DNA of 43,949 nt. Source: Acanthaster planci. Its lineage: Eukaryota. Shown piece by piece: positions 21,701 to 34,000 of the stretch; position 1 is the stretch's first letter, and each line of letters opens with the position of its first letter. The stretch is taken from assembly GCF_001949145.1 (NCBI RefSeq), contig NW_019091360.1:3594864-3638812 (forward strand), in the 5' to 3' direction. The notes below the pieces were generated by a model that did not search any database, was not told where the DNA came from, and was given only the letters and a program-made list of their open reading frames with translations. Made by a program: the position numbers and the translations under genes.

Positions 21701-23425
21701 ATGTATGTTCTTATTATGATTTGATTTTCCAAACTTACGTACAATTTGAGTATCACAGGATATTTCTTATGAATGAGAGCTTTCGATTTCGTAGCCAGAG
21801 AAAACCTAGTGGAAGGACAACTCATTGTCACCAAAGTAAAATCGATATACTGTGCTAATTTTCAACCAGCATGCTTTGTGTACCATTTTTAGGTTGTCAG
21901 GTCCTGTTGTCATGGTTGATTTTTAGTTACAACAAAAAGAAAATGTAGTGTTTCTTAAGATGTCATCTGGCGTTGTTTTTATTCTCCGTCAAAGCATGAC
22001 CAAAGTTTGATAGTATCATTAAGTGTGAATTGATGCCCCGTAAGAGCGTTAATGGATCTAAAACCCTGGAATGGTTTACAGACAAGCTGTACAATAAAAT
22101 GCTTCTAGAAGCAGTGGGTTTGCAACCATACACGCAGTCTCCAATCATACTCAATCAGCCTCCTACTTCGTATCTTGGTGTTGAAAAACAAGAATGCAAT
22201 TTCAGACTGAAAGAAAAAGCTTAAAAACTATAAACTATGTTAATAATAAATCAATGCATCATTCACATTTTATTTTTACACCTTGATCTGCATCAAAAAC
22301 ATTTCTTGCAGAAAAACAAAATTATTTTGCAGTGTTGATATATCACAAGCTCAAAGAATCAGTATAAGGGAACTTGCATTCTGTGGTTTCAAAAGAGGCT
22401 GTAATGTGAACATATTGTACAATGCTATTTGGTTAATGAGGTGCAGGTGAATTAATTTAATGGAGGTAGATGAATAGTTGATGCAATCAGCTTATGTTCA
22501 CAAAAGTCACTTCAGACATTTGCTTTAAATACCTGGTAGTTTTATAAATTCTAGTATTGTGATGTCATACCAATTGTCACTATTCTTCCCCCCCCCCAAA
22601 AAAAAAAAACTGTTTAAGAAGTGTACTGGAAATTTGTGAGAATTTTCTCTTGATTTTGAAACTCAATCCAGAACATCACTTCAAGAAAAACCGTTGTGCT
22701 GTTGATCATTGTGAAGAGCAAAACAATACGCTTTGAACAGGGTGACTCAGTGGATCATGGACATGTAGATATTTTGGGGTTCATTCATATACCTCTCGCG
22801 TCTGTTGTATAACAACAAACTAACTGCTGATTCCTTCATCCAGTCTTAAACATAACGGTACTCCATATTCATATTTTAACCATGTTCATGCACCGGGCAC
22901 TTAGCATTGTATTGATATGTAGCAATCCAGCACTGCACAGCTTTTGCTTTAAAGGGACAGGCATGGCCGCACGTTTGCACAATTTCTTCAATTGAAGTGG
23001 GATGCATCCCTTGATCAGACCCTCTCTCAAGCTTTCATAGCTTCATAACCAATTTCCCTCTCTCCCCATTAAAAATCAAAACTTGAGCCAGCTAAATCTG
23101 GTATGAACCGGCTTGGACCAATTCTGACTTGTTGCATTGGCATGGCCAAAGATGCATGTGCCATTCCCAAAGGCTGATGCAATGTGCAGTTGCTTCCTAA
23201 TACCACAAACCTATTAACTACAACTTCATGACAGGTAATCCATATCATGCATCACTTCTCTCCATCCCTGAGATTAAGGAAGTACATTGTGGTTGCAAAC
23301 CCACTGAAATTTGTACTCTTAAGTAGTCTTTTCGACCAAATTCTGTACATTTAAAAACCAAAAAAGAAAATCTGTTTACTGTGAGTCCCGGCATCTCACT
23401 ATTCTGTCTGTGTCCTACCTTTCAG

Positions 23426-23731
23426 TTGAAGAAATTCAATCGGCGGCTGTGCCCCCTAAGTTTGTTAAGAAGATCCAAAAGATCGAGGTCACCGAGGGTC
23501 ACCCGGCCCGCTTTGACTGCAAGGTGACAGGCAGTCCCCGCCCGGAAATCAAATGGTACCACGAGGGCAAGGAGATCCAGAGCTCGCCCTACATGCGCAT
23601 CACTGATGAACCGGACGGAACCAGCTCCCTGGTCATACAGGAGGTGTTTGCTGATGACTCAGGGCGCTTTAGTGTCAAGGCGTCCAACCCAGCTGGGGAG
23701 GTGACTTGTAGCACCTTGCTTGTTGTGGAAG
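23426..23731 (+). CDS. TTN: Exon 29 (1-1): complete Ig domain
   Basis: tttcag|tt ... g|gtaagt; PPKFVKKIQKIEVTEGHPARFDCKVTGSPRPEIKWY...DDSGRFSVKASNPAG. Confidence 0.93.
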
Positions 23732-24567
23732 GTAAGTCCATCTTTAAATGATACTGATGTTTTGAAAAGAGGAACCTCTGTACGGTGACAGCCTGATAAA
23801 TGATAACTTGGTATTTGTAGGTGGCATGATAATGCCTGAATGATTGTGAAGAACGGCCTTATCCCCATCCCTGCCATTTGGGGTAGAGCTTGTGACTTGG
23901 CACATAAAGTTTATTTTAAGACATCACCTCCTATCATCCACTGTGGTTCCATTACAAGAACTGACGTACTATCCCTAGATTTTTAATGTGCCTTCTGGCC
24001 ACCTTGGCTGAAATTATTGCAGCTTTTGGACACCCATATGGTTTGATTTGCCATAGATGCAAATGAGTAAATTCCAATCCGTGTATAAATCTCAGCTGCT
24101 AATCCCAGTACCACACTGAATGCATGATGTGTAACATGAGTATTGATGGATGTGACAAGTTTGACGCACTAAGATAGATATTGAGAGATAATAGGGAAGA
24201 GAACAAAGAAGATTCAAAGTAAGCAAAACTCTTGGATGAGACTGTGTTAAGTTATGTCTTGATCTCCATTGTAATTTGTTTCTTGTATTTGTTCATTGTA
24301 ATCTGCAAAGGTTACAAGGTATGTTTTGTTGAAGTCAATAAAAAACGATGAAAGCGCCTGCACACCTGTCATGTCTTGTGAGCTGTGTGGTATGATGCTT
24401 GCCAAACTATTAATACAAACTGTTGGCTCCATGTGTGTTTTAATTTGTCCCAGTTTTTTATTCTGTTGATTTCAGTGTTGTTTTTTTTGCTCAGGCATGT
24501 TTTGAATGAAGACGAAGTGCTTTTTTTTTCTTATCCCACTGTTTTGTTTATGTGAAAAAACATTGAA

Positions 24568-24610
24568 AATAAACATGCCATTATTCATGATGTTTCACCT
24601 GTGTTTTTGT
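24568..24610 (+). terminator. Candidate intronic polyadenylation signal (AATAAA plus downstream GT-rich element)
   Basis: AATAAA at 24568-24573 followed by tgtttcacctgtgtttttgt; a second AATAAA at 24337; such motifs can arise by chance in AT-rich DNA. Confidence 0.3.
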
Positions 24611-25711
24611 CCAACTGAATTGACCAAATGAAAATACGAATGGATTGGAGTCAAATGTGTGTTCCAATTTGTGTGTTGTCTCTAAATGCACACTGACAAT
24701 TATAGACAGCAAAGCATGCGCAGTTGCCTGCCTGAAGTAGTTTGTACCTGCATGGTGTGAGACTCTACCCTGCCTCAGTCACATGTTGATATCCCCAATA
24801 TTCAAAACTGCTAACTGCATCTGATTTCCTTCACCTGTTTTCAACCTCCTTCCAAAGGATAACAAGTGTGTAAGTATACATCTAGCTTGAAGTATTTTAG
24901 TTTCTACTAATATTTGTAATGTACACAGTTTGCACTCTTTATAACAGTATTATTTATCATGTTTGGTACGTGTAGCTTTGATCTGTTCGTTTGATCTGCA
25001 CCTTAAGTTATCTCTCCCAGAATATTTACATTGGCACACAAAAAGGTTAAGAAATGCAGCTAGGGCAAATACTTCAAAAATGTCACAGTCACATTTGTAT
25101 TCCTACATGTAGTTGATTGAGGTTATATGTGAGTTGAGAAAAGTGAACAAAATATTATGTAGAAAAAGAATTAACAGTGTAATAATCCCAATCAAAAATT
25201 TGAAGTACAAAGCAAATTAATGTGCAGTACTATGCATTTACAGCATGTAAGATTCCTCACTTCTAAAGAGACCCTCTCCAAATCTAAAAGTAACATATTT
25301 TTAAACACTTTAAATAATGTTTTGTTTGTTGCTGTTACTTCCCCTCACCTTAAAGTAATATTTAAATTTGGTCATTTTTTAAACGATTTTAGCAATACCT
25401 ATGTGTATATGTTGGTTGGGTATTCACTCAGTTCCCCTAAAATTAACTTGCACGGAATTAGAAGAACATTTTGATCATAAGCTGTTAAAATCCACACTGT
25501 CGATACCTTCTGTGTAGTTTTATTTTACAATTATAACTGTTTTTATCTGTCAGGTATCTTGCATCAATGTTTATATTGGTAACTTGTTTTTTGTGTGATA
25601 GTATTTTTATTTTTTTTTTCAACACAGTAGCAAGAATATTGTTCAGCACACCTTGTTCAGAGTCTGTTCCTTTCAGCAACTTGATTCAAGTTTCTTCCTT
25701 GTACATTCCAG

Positions 25712-26046
25712 CTGGTGCCCCCGAAGGAGTATGCCCTCTGAGTTTCAGTGAATCATACGGGGGTGACGTCAGTGGTGCTTACAGCGCCGAGCAGGGCCTG
25801 GATACCTCTGAAGACACAGATGAGGACATTGATGAAATCCTTCCTTATGATGGGAAGGTGGCCTTCCCACTGTCTGTCAAGCGGGAAGTCAAGAAGCCTC
25901 AAGTCCACGCCGTCCCTGTCTTGCAGAGACCACCGGGTGAGGCAGAGAAGGCTCATCCTGAAGGGCAGGTACAGAGTGGGACGTCCACTCATGAATCTTC
26001 TCCATCACAGCCCTCTGAACCGTCACAGCCATCACAGCCACTGCAG
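25712..26046 (+). CDS. TTN: Exon 30 (1-0): unique acidic/Pro-Ser region (alternative in-frame donor at 25968)
   Basis: ttccag|ct ... cag|gtagca; GC-richer than the flanks; bridges phase 1 to the phase-0 exon at 27259. Confidence 0.72.
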
Positions 26047-26122
26047 GTAGCATCGGTATACCTTGTCTACTAATTTGATTTCCATAAGATTCTGTAGTCA
26101 ATTTTGCTTGGAAACTCAATCC

Positions 26123-26209
26123 TCCAAGAATGACTTCTACGGATCCTAGAATGACTTCTACGTGTCCTAGAATGACTTCTACGGATCCAAGAACGACTTC
26201 TACGCATCC
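26123..26209. repeat. Minisatellite, about 4 copies of a 21-bp unit tcc(t/a)agaatgacttctacgga
   Basis: Units start at 26123, 26144, 26165 and 26186; head-to-tail with no spacers. Confidence 0.9.
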
Positions 26210-26373
26210 CACTCTTTGTACTTTACTCTTCTATACCAGTGAACTCTACTTGTTGAACAAACGTCAGGTGAATCTTTTATTTCAAGGTCTACTTTTTCAT
26301 CTCTCTTTTTACTCATGGTAACAAAATGAGTCTTTAATACTGATCATAAGCTCCAAGATAATCACATCGGATA

Positions 26374-26923
26374 TTAACCACTTCGGCCGGGGCATTTTTC
26401 AANNNNNNNNNNNNNNNNNNNNNNNNNNNNNNNNNNNNNNNNNNNNNNNNNNNNNNNNNNNNNNNNNNNNNNNNNNNNNNNNNNNNNNNNNNNNNNNNNN
26501 NNNNNNNNNNNNNNNNNNNNNNNNNNNNNNNNNNNNNNNNNNNNNNNNNNNNNNNNNNNNNNNNNNNNNNNNNNNNNNNNNNNNNNNNNNNNNNNNNNNN
26601 NNNNNNNNNNNNNNNNNNNNNNNNNNNNNNNNNNNNNNNNNNNNNNNNNNNNNNNNNNNNNNNNNNNNNNNNNNNNNNNNNNNNNNNNNNNNNNNNNNNN
26701 NNNNNNNNNNNNNNNNNNNNNNNNNNNNNNNNNNNNNNNNNNNNNNNNNNNNNNNNNNNNNNNNNNNNNNNNNNNNNNNNNNNNNNNNNNNNNNNNNNNN
26801 NNNNNNTTCGGAGTACGGTCTTTTGTTACAGGGCCCTGTTTCCTTTGTCCAAGTTCGGAGACCCCGGCCACACATATAAACCATACGGCTCCGATTTCGG
26901 AGTCCCCGGCTGGTAGTGGTTAA
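26374..26923. mobile_element. TTAA-flanked MITE-like element spanning an assembly gap
   Basis: Ends ttaaccacttcggccgggg / ccccggctggtagtggttaa; internal ttcggag repeats at ~26807, ~26854 and ~26896; same ttaaccact terminus as 9397. Confidence 0.6.
26403..26806. other. Assembly gap (N run)
   Basis: Continuous n characters. Confidence 1.
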
Positions 26924-27258
26924 TATGCTAGGGAGATCAACTCTTCATTTTTTTTTACAGTTCTTGCTATTCATAAGGATCTTACAATCTGAAAAGCAAG
27001 TACCACAGTTTTAATTCCAAGTTTTTCTGGAACTGTGAAAAAATCGTCTCACTTCTGTTAGCGGATCAATGGTTTTCACTATTTTCACTATTTTGTTAAT
27101 AGCACAGCCTTGATTTAGAAAAGAAGACTAAAATGGTAATTTTAATGTTAAAAATGTCGATGAGTAAAGATTTGTAATTGTTGCAGGTTGCATATTTACG
27201 GTTAATACATTCTTTGTGATCAGTACCCAAAGATTGCGATATTTCTTGAATTGAATAG

Positions 27259-27769
27259 GGGACATCTGCAGCTGCTGAGAAACCCATCACAGTAACAACC
27301 AAATTAGTTGAGGAAGCCAAACCGTTTGGCGGTCGAAGCGTGAAAACAACCACTACAACGAAAAAAGAAACTAAAACAGAGGTCTCACCTGAAGTCATCC
27401 GTACTCATCAGACACAGATTCATCGGATACCAGAACCATCGGCTGTCCCACACCCACCTGCAACTAAGCGAATCATGGAGGTCCGCATCCCACCAACCTT
27501 TACCAAATTTATCAATCACTGTCGGGTTCCAGAGGGCCAGACGGCAAGGTTTGACGTCACAGTTGTCGGCACCCCGAAACCAGAAATCTGGTGGTTTAGG
27601 AATGAGGAGGAGCTGCATAGTTCCCCAAACACAAAGATTATTGTGAGAGATGATGGGACCAGCACGTTGGTTTTCCAGCGTGTCCGTCCAGAGGATCATG
27701 GGAAAATCACATGTAAAGCTGAGAATCCTGCCGGATTAGCATCTTGTACTGCTAAACTCATCGTGGAAG
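27259..27769 (+). CDS. TTN: Exon 31 (0-1): Thr-rich linker plus Ig
   Basis: gaatag|ggg ... g|gtgaga; PPTFTKFINHCRVPEGQTARFDVTVVGTPKPEIWWF...EDHGKITCKAENPAG; the acceptor is less certain. Confidence 0.85.
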
Positions 27770-28314
27770 GTGAGATTGCAGTTGCACTTACTTTACCCTG
27801 TTATGCATTTTTTTTGTTTCAGTCCTTTTATATCAGCACTGGACGTGAGAGTTTTTGATGTTGCGTCAGTGTCATAGTTGTCTGTGTTGATTGAGTAGTG
27901 AGAGCAGTTGATTGGAGGAGAATTCTTTTGATCCATTTTTCCTTAATAAACAAGATCGAATATTCTATTCAGGCACTTTGTTTCACATTGAGCAGTCCAA
28001 ATTATTCCTTGATGTTCTGTCGTGCCTTGGATTTATGCTACTTACTGTGGCATAAGCCTGTTCTCCAGCGTACGTGTGCTTTGTTCAATGCTACAAACTG
28101 TCTTTTCTTAATTGCGTTATCACATAATATAATATACATTTTAGATGCCATCTTGCTCAGTGAGTTTTCTGGATTGCTGTCTTTGACATGGGTCATCAAT
28201 GTTTGTGGCCTACTTCTAATACTTGTAAGTTCTTTGCACCAAAAAGGTGTTCACTGAATTGTCTCATGAGAACTGAACACTCTCACACTTTCCTTTGAAT
28301 TTCAATTACTCTAG

Positions 28315-28556
28315 CTCCAAGACGAGTTGTCCAAAGTGACACAGAACAACCACTCCGTTCCTCCTTCAACATGGCCCCAGAAGATTACACCTCAGACTTT
28401 GAGATCCACATCAAGCCCAAGAGTAAACGCGTCGTCAGATCTACACCTCCAACATTCAGCTCTCGTCTGAGTAGCCAGGAGGTACATGAAGGCAGTAATG
28501 CCAGATTTGAGTGTCGTGTGTCTGGACACCCTCGCCCATCTGTCAGATGGTACAAG
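28315..28556 (+). CDS. TTN: Exon 32 (1-0): linker plus first half of Ig
   Basis: ctctag|ct ... aag|gtaaga; PPTFSSRLSSQEVHEGSNARFECRVSGHPRPSVRWYK. Confidence 0.9.
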
Positions 28557-29648
28557 GTAAGAAAGTTAAACACCCTAAAGAAAAGATGCAGTGAATTTTT
28601 CATTAACATTAATATATCGGCCCCAAAAAACAAGTTTTATAAAACAGTGGGGGAAAAAAAGTTATTTGTTTCAGTAAAATATCTCTTTCCTGCACAGTGT
28701 AAGGCCCTAAGAGTACTTTCAGAAATTACATTTTTGCCTAACTGACCTTTTAGCACTGAGCAAATGCATCTTCCATGTACGAAAATGGTTTGAAACCCTG
28801 CAGAAGTTCCTCAAATTTAAAATGCCCTTTTGAACAATAATGTCCAAGCTTTTCTGAAGAAGTGAGGGTACTTCTGCTGTGATGTAAATCATTGAAGACA
28901 CTGCTCAGTTTACGTTTTCATGGTCAGTGTTTGAACCCCAAATTTGCTCCTTGAAAACATTTCTGAGAAAAGGTTGCTCGCTGGCTTATTGCGATATGCC
29001 CCCCACAATAATAAATTGCCAAAGGAATCAAAATTTAAGACTGCCAAATATGACTGCAAAAGATATTTCAATTCAGCAAATCAGTGTAACATTTGGATGA
29101 TATCACAGTTCTACTATGAATTTGCAGATTGGCATTATCTTAAAATTCAATTAGGCCCCAAAATGTCTATTACAAAAGCATAACGAAAATGGAAAGTAAG
29201 GTTAATTTATATACAAAGGTACAATTTTAAGGGTTGTTGTAAAGTGATTGTATAACATGGTCCCTGTGAAAACATTAGCAGCACTTTGCTTGGAATCCGT
29301 TTCCCTGTCACTGTTCTGAAATCTTTTGAATCTCTAATGTAAAAAATCTGCCCTCTTTATGCAAGAGATTTTCAGATCTGATGGTCATGGGGTGGTCTGT
29401 GCCAGTTTGTTACAAATGATGCTAATCTTAGACATGAGTTTGTGAAGAATTACTGTGCAGTGACAGCAATGTTAAAATAATCTTTTACTTTGAAATAATG
29501 CATCACAATAAACTGGAATGGGCATGTATTATGTTAGCGATTGTGTTTTGATTTTTGGAAAGTTTGGGGCTGTTAACGAGAGTTAGCTATTGTAATGCAT
29601 TTCTGATTACTTTGAAAGTTTTCCATCTGGTTTATCTCTCTTTCACAG

Positions 29649-29817
29649 AGTGGAAAAGAGTTAAGATCTGGCAACCGTATCATAATCAGGGTGACTGAGA
29701 ATGGGCGAAATGTCCTAGAAATTAGGAATGTGAGACCAAATGATGAAGGAGATTACATGGTCAAAGCTTCAAATCCTGCAGGAGAATCAACGTGCATTGG
29801 AACTCTGAATGTCAGAG
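29649..29817 (+). CDS. TTN: Exon 33 (0-1): second half of Ig
   Basis: tcacag|agt ... g|gtaaag; SGKELRSGNRIIIRVTENGRNVLEIRNVRPNDEGDYMVKASNPAG; not in the ORF track. Confidence 0.9.
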
Positions 29818-30149
29818 GTAAAGACAAATCTGTTTCGCTTTAAATTTCTGTCATAATCAAAAATGCTGTGTAATTTCATTCCAAAGTATCATGGTCCAGA
29901 GTGTTGGTTTTGCTACACGTAAATATATATTGCTTCTCATATTCAGGAACCGCCTAAGAACCTGTCATGATTAATATACCATGAAGAAATCAGTTGATGT
30001 TGATTGTTGATTGACAATGGCGTCAGGTTTGGGTGTAAAATGCTGGGGGGTAAAAAGATATTTATTGTCTAAATGAGGTACATATAATTCTTTTCAAGTT
30101 GGAAAATTGATTTACAAAAATATTACTCTTCTCCGTTTTCAAACTGTAG

Positions 30150-30854
30150 TTGATCCTGGACTTGATAGTGACATCAGTGAGGGTCGTCGTGAAATGAGAA
30201 TTTGCATTGGTGTTGATAAAGCACCTGGTGGGGTTGTCATTGGTGACCAGAGTCCGAGAATCTCTTACTCTCGTCGGCCAATCAACATCAACCTTCTGAG
30301 TGACGCATCTGAAGATGAGGAAGTTCGGTCTGTGACTCGTAAGACTACCACCACGACACGGACAGTGACAGAGACTGTCACAGATGATGGTTCGGAGAGT
30401 GCAAGATATGTAGACATACAGCCAATGATAATTCAGTCGACAAGACAGCCCATGGTGACCATGGAACCAGAGTCACGGAGACGATATATGGTGGAGCAGG
30501 GGGCATATCCGGTTCCACCAATCAACATCACTGTTTCCATCGGGGGTTTTGGTGGCTACCAAGCTGTTGCTCCAGAGCCACCCCACTTCCGCCAACTCTT
30601 AAATGATGTGACTGTCCATCAAGGTGAAACCATTCGGATTGAGTGCATCATCACTGGCCATCCCTTTCCAACAATTACCTGGTTCAAAGATGATAATGTC
30701 GTTCCTGATTCCCAAGATTACCAGTACTTAATCAACGGGAATCGAGTTAGCCTTGTGATTACTCAGGCTGTTCCTCAAGACTCAGGAGAGTATACTTGTC
30801 GGGCAGAAAATCCTCTTGGAACGTCAGCCTGTACTTGCAGAATAACTGTAGGCG
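30150..30854 (+). CDS. TTN: Exon 34 (1-1): unique region plus Ig
   Basis: ctgtag|tt ... g|gtgagc; PPHFRQLLNDVTVHQGETIRIECIITGHPFPTITWFKD...QDSGEYTCRAEN. Confidence 0.9.
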
Positions 30855-31060
30855 GTGAGCTTGAGTGACCGTTTTTGATTCATATAGACTTCTTTAGTTG
30901 CAGTAGTTATTTTTTCTTTAGAATGATTTTCCTCTTTATATCTGTGTATATTTAACACATATAAGAGAAAAAGTTGCAGCTCATACCTGTATTGTTGAAA
31001 TAAAGGTTATTGTTTCATTAAAAAAAATTAAATTTTTTTACCCATATTTTCAATGTGCAG

Positions 31061-34000
31061 GACCGTTAATTATCCAAGAGGATGAAACGTCCCAGTCAGA
31101 AGTGATTCGTCGTGTCAAGAAAACGACCACAACCACTACCACAACCACGATTGAAAGTGACACAGAGGCTCCCTCAGAGCTGTCTTTCTCTGAGAGGTCT
31201 GATCGGATCGTCAGACCCCACAAGGCACCCAGATTTATGAATGAACTGCTGGATATTGAGGTTTTGGAAGGAAGCACAGCCAAGTTTGATGCTCGTGTCA
31301 CAGGCCGACCCATGCCTCGTATCCGTTGGCTCAGTGACGGCATTGAGATTCATCCCAGTGAACGGTACACTCTTCACTATGATGACCTCGGCCATTGCTC
31401 TCTGACTATCCACAATGTCAGGAGAGATGACACAGCTGAGATCGAGTGCAGGGCTGTTAACCCTGATGGAGAGGAAGTTTCAAGCTTTGCAGACCTGATA
31501 GTGAAGCCAATTCCACGGAGCGAGCGTAAGCACCGACGTAGGAGAGAGACACATGTCCTTCTTGAGCACGGTGAGAGGCCAAGATTTGTTCAACCCTGTA
31601 GGCCACAGGAAATTCTAGAAGGCTACACTGCTCGCTTCACTTGCAAAGTCTCTGGTAGGCCAACACCAACCATCACATGGTTCAAGGATGGAAGAGCAAT
31701 TCCAAATGACAAACGTTTTGAAATCACCTATGAAGATGATGGTACCTGCACACTTACAATTCATGATGTGACAGTTGATGATGATGCAGAGTACATGTGC
31801 AAAGCTGTTAACCAACTTGGGAAGTGTATAACGTATGCTGACTTGACTGTTCAGTTTGAGTCTCCAGATCGGAGCCGAGATGTCAGCCTCATCACAACTA
31901 CCATCCATGAGGAGCCAGAAGAGGAAGGCAGTTGGACTGAACGTTATGTTAGCAGACGCTCAGAAGATGGTAGAGAAATTGTTGAGACTGTAACAAAGAA
32001 GACTACCACCACAACGACAGTAAGGACAGTCACATCTGACCATGAGAGTGGGACAGAGAGTGTGACAGTTGAACTGCCCGCAAGAGGTCCAAGAACACGA
32101 CAACTTGTTCATGAACCACCACCAGAGGAACACACACAGCAGGTTGTTATTGAGACTGGACGTTGGCCAGAAGAACCAACTCCTGATCGTATCGAGACTG
32201 AAACAGTGCATTATCAACCTGCTCGTCCTAAACCATCAAGGTCAACCTTGCTTATCCGACCTGCAGAACCAAGGGTTCTGGTAGAGGAGGAGCTTGTTCA
32301 GCCAGAACGGAAGACAGAACCTCAGATCTCATTGGAGCCTTTGGAGAAAGTTCCAGATTTGCATCCTCCACCAATTGTCAGGGAACATGAGATCAGACCT
32401 GAGATAAAGCAGCCTAAGGAACTTTCTTTGAAACCGCTGGAAAGAATTCCAGTACCCAAAGAACCAGCAAAAGTTCATGAGCCACAAATAAAACCAGATG
32501 TGAAGCCAGAACCTAAACGGTTTGACAGCCTGGATAAGCTCCCAGTTCCCCATGAGGCTCCTGAGGTACATGAACCCCTCCTTCAACCTCAAAAGGTTGT
32601 GCGGACAGAGAAGCCTATTACTTTCCCAGAAACACCAGAACCACAGTATGCAGAGATTGTTGACGAAAGAGTTCTTCACAAGCAGATATATTCAAAGGAA
32701 ACACCCACTCGGTTCCCAGAGCCTGAGGAACCAAGAAGAGTTCCCGTGAGTGACAGAAAGCCAAAACCAGAACTGGCTGTTCGACCTCTAGGAGCTCCCT
32801 CTTATGCCCCAACACCTCACATACCATATGTGATAAGAGAGCTGACAGACACAAGGGTCACAGTTGGCCGGGAAGCTAGGCTTGAGTGTATAATTGATGG
32901 ATACCCAACTCCAAGAGTGACATGGCTTAGACAAGGAAGGGTCATTGAAGGTGATAGATTCCTCTCCATTCAAGAGCAAGATGGAACATGCACTCTGATT
33001 ATCACAGTTGTGATTGAGGAGGATGAGGGTGAATATGAATGTCGTGCCACCAATCAGTTTGGCACTGCATCTAGCTTTGCTTCTCTGGTCATTCGTATTG
33101 AGGAGACACTCCAGACACAAGGGCCAGAATCTACCACTGTAACCATTGACCGGCAGCGACCTCGCAAACCTGTGGAGTTACAAGTAGGTATTGACAGAGA
33201 ATCTGATGTAGAATCTGTAACCAGTACCCGTGTCTGTGAAACTGTTAAAAAGACATTACGTGAAAGGCCACAAGTACCACAAAGGACACAGCTCTCTTTA
33301 CTTCCAGAGCAGCTGCCACCAGAAGAGGTAGAATTTGTCATACAGCCAGCTGTTCCAAAAAGACAACCCTCTCAGGTGACAACCAAGGTAGTCGGAAGGG
33401 AAGGTCCAGAGTATGAAAGTGTTACAAAGAAAACTACCACTACAACCACTGAAACTGTAACGACTACCGTGGAAGAGGTGGAGACAGAGTCTGAGGTTGA
33501 AGACTTTCCAAGAAGGCCAGATGTCACAGAACTGAGACAACCTGTTGGTCATGAGATGACATCCACTGTCATCCGAAGAAAAACAAAACCTTACCGTGAG
33601 GAACTTCCTGTGGAGTTTGAGAAGCAACCACTTTCTGAAATGATTTTTCCTCCAAGAGAAGCACCTCAGGCAGTGGAGCCAATGCCAGAACGTATCTATC
33701 CAAAGGAAAAAGCTCCAACTTTGGAATTGCATTTTGAGCCTGAACAACCAACAGAGCATACAGTTAGGCCAGAAGAGATCTTACCCAAGTCCCCAGAATC
33801 TCCATTGCAGATTCACTTTCAACCACAGTTGCCCATGGAAAGAAAGCCTGAAGCTGAGGAGATTTTACTCAGTGATGTTCCTTTTGATTTTGATAACAAA
33901 AAGCCAGAACCAGTTCACAAGAAGCCAACTGAGATGATCTTCCCAGAACAAAAAGCTCCCATGAGTGACACAGTGGAGCCACTAGAGATGATCTTCCCTC

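Noticed and set aside
18726..23425. Nested gene, hidden exon or internal promoter in the 4.7 kb intron
   Set aside because: Only short AT-rich ORFs without domains. I found no Ig-like exon, no exact MEF2/CArG cluster and no recognisable RNA gene by eye. It cannot be excluded without RNA data.
26123..26209. CRISPR-like direct repeats and the MTSTDPR repeat ORF
   Set aside because: Head-to-tail 21-bp units with no unique spacers, no cas genes and a eukaryotic intron context; this is a minisatellite.
26374..26884. Minus-strand ORFs of 161-165 aa (also 38771-39259)
   Set aside because: Artefacts of translating through N runs.
27898..28257. Hydrophobic 119-aa intronic ORF (similar ones at 20502 and 21045)
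   Set aside because: Composition expected from T-rich intron; no splice-consistent link or recognisable motif.
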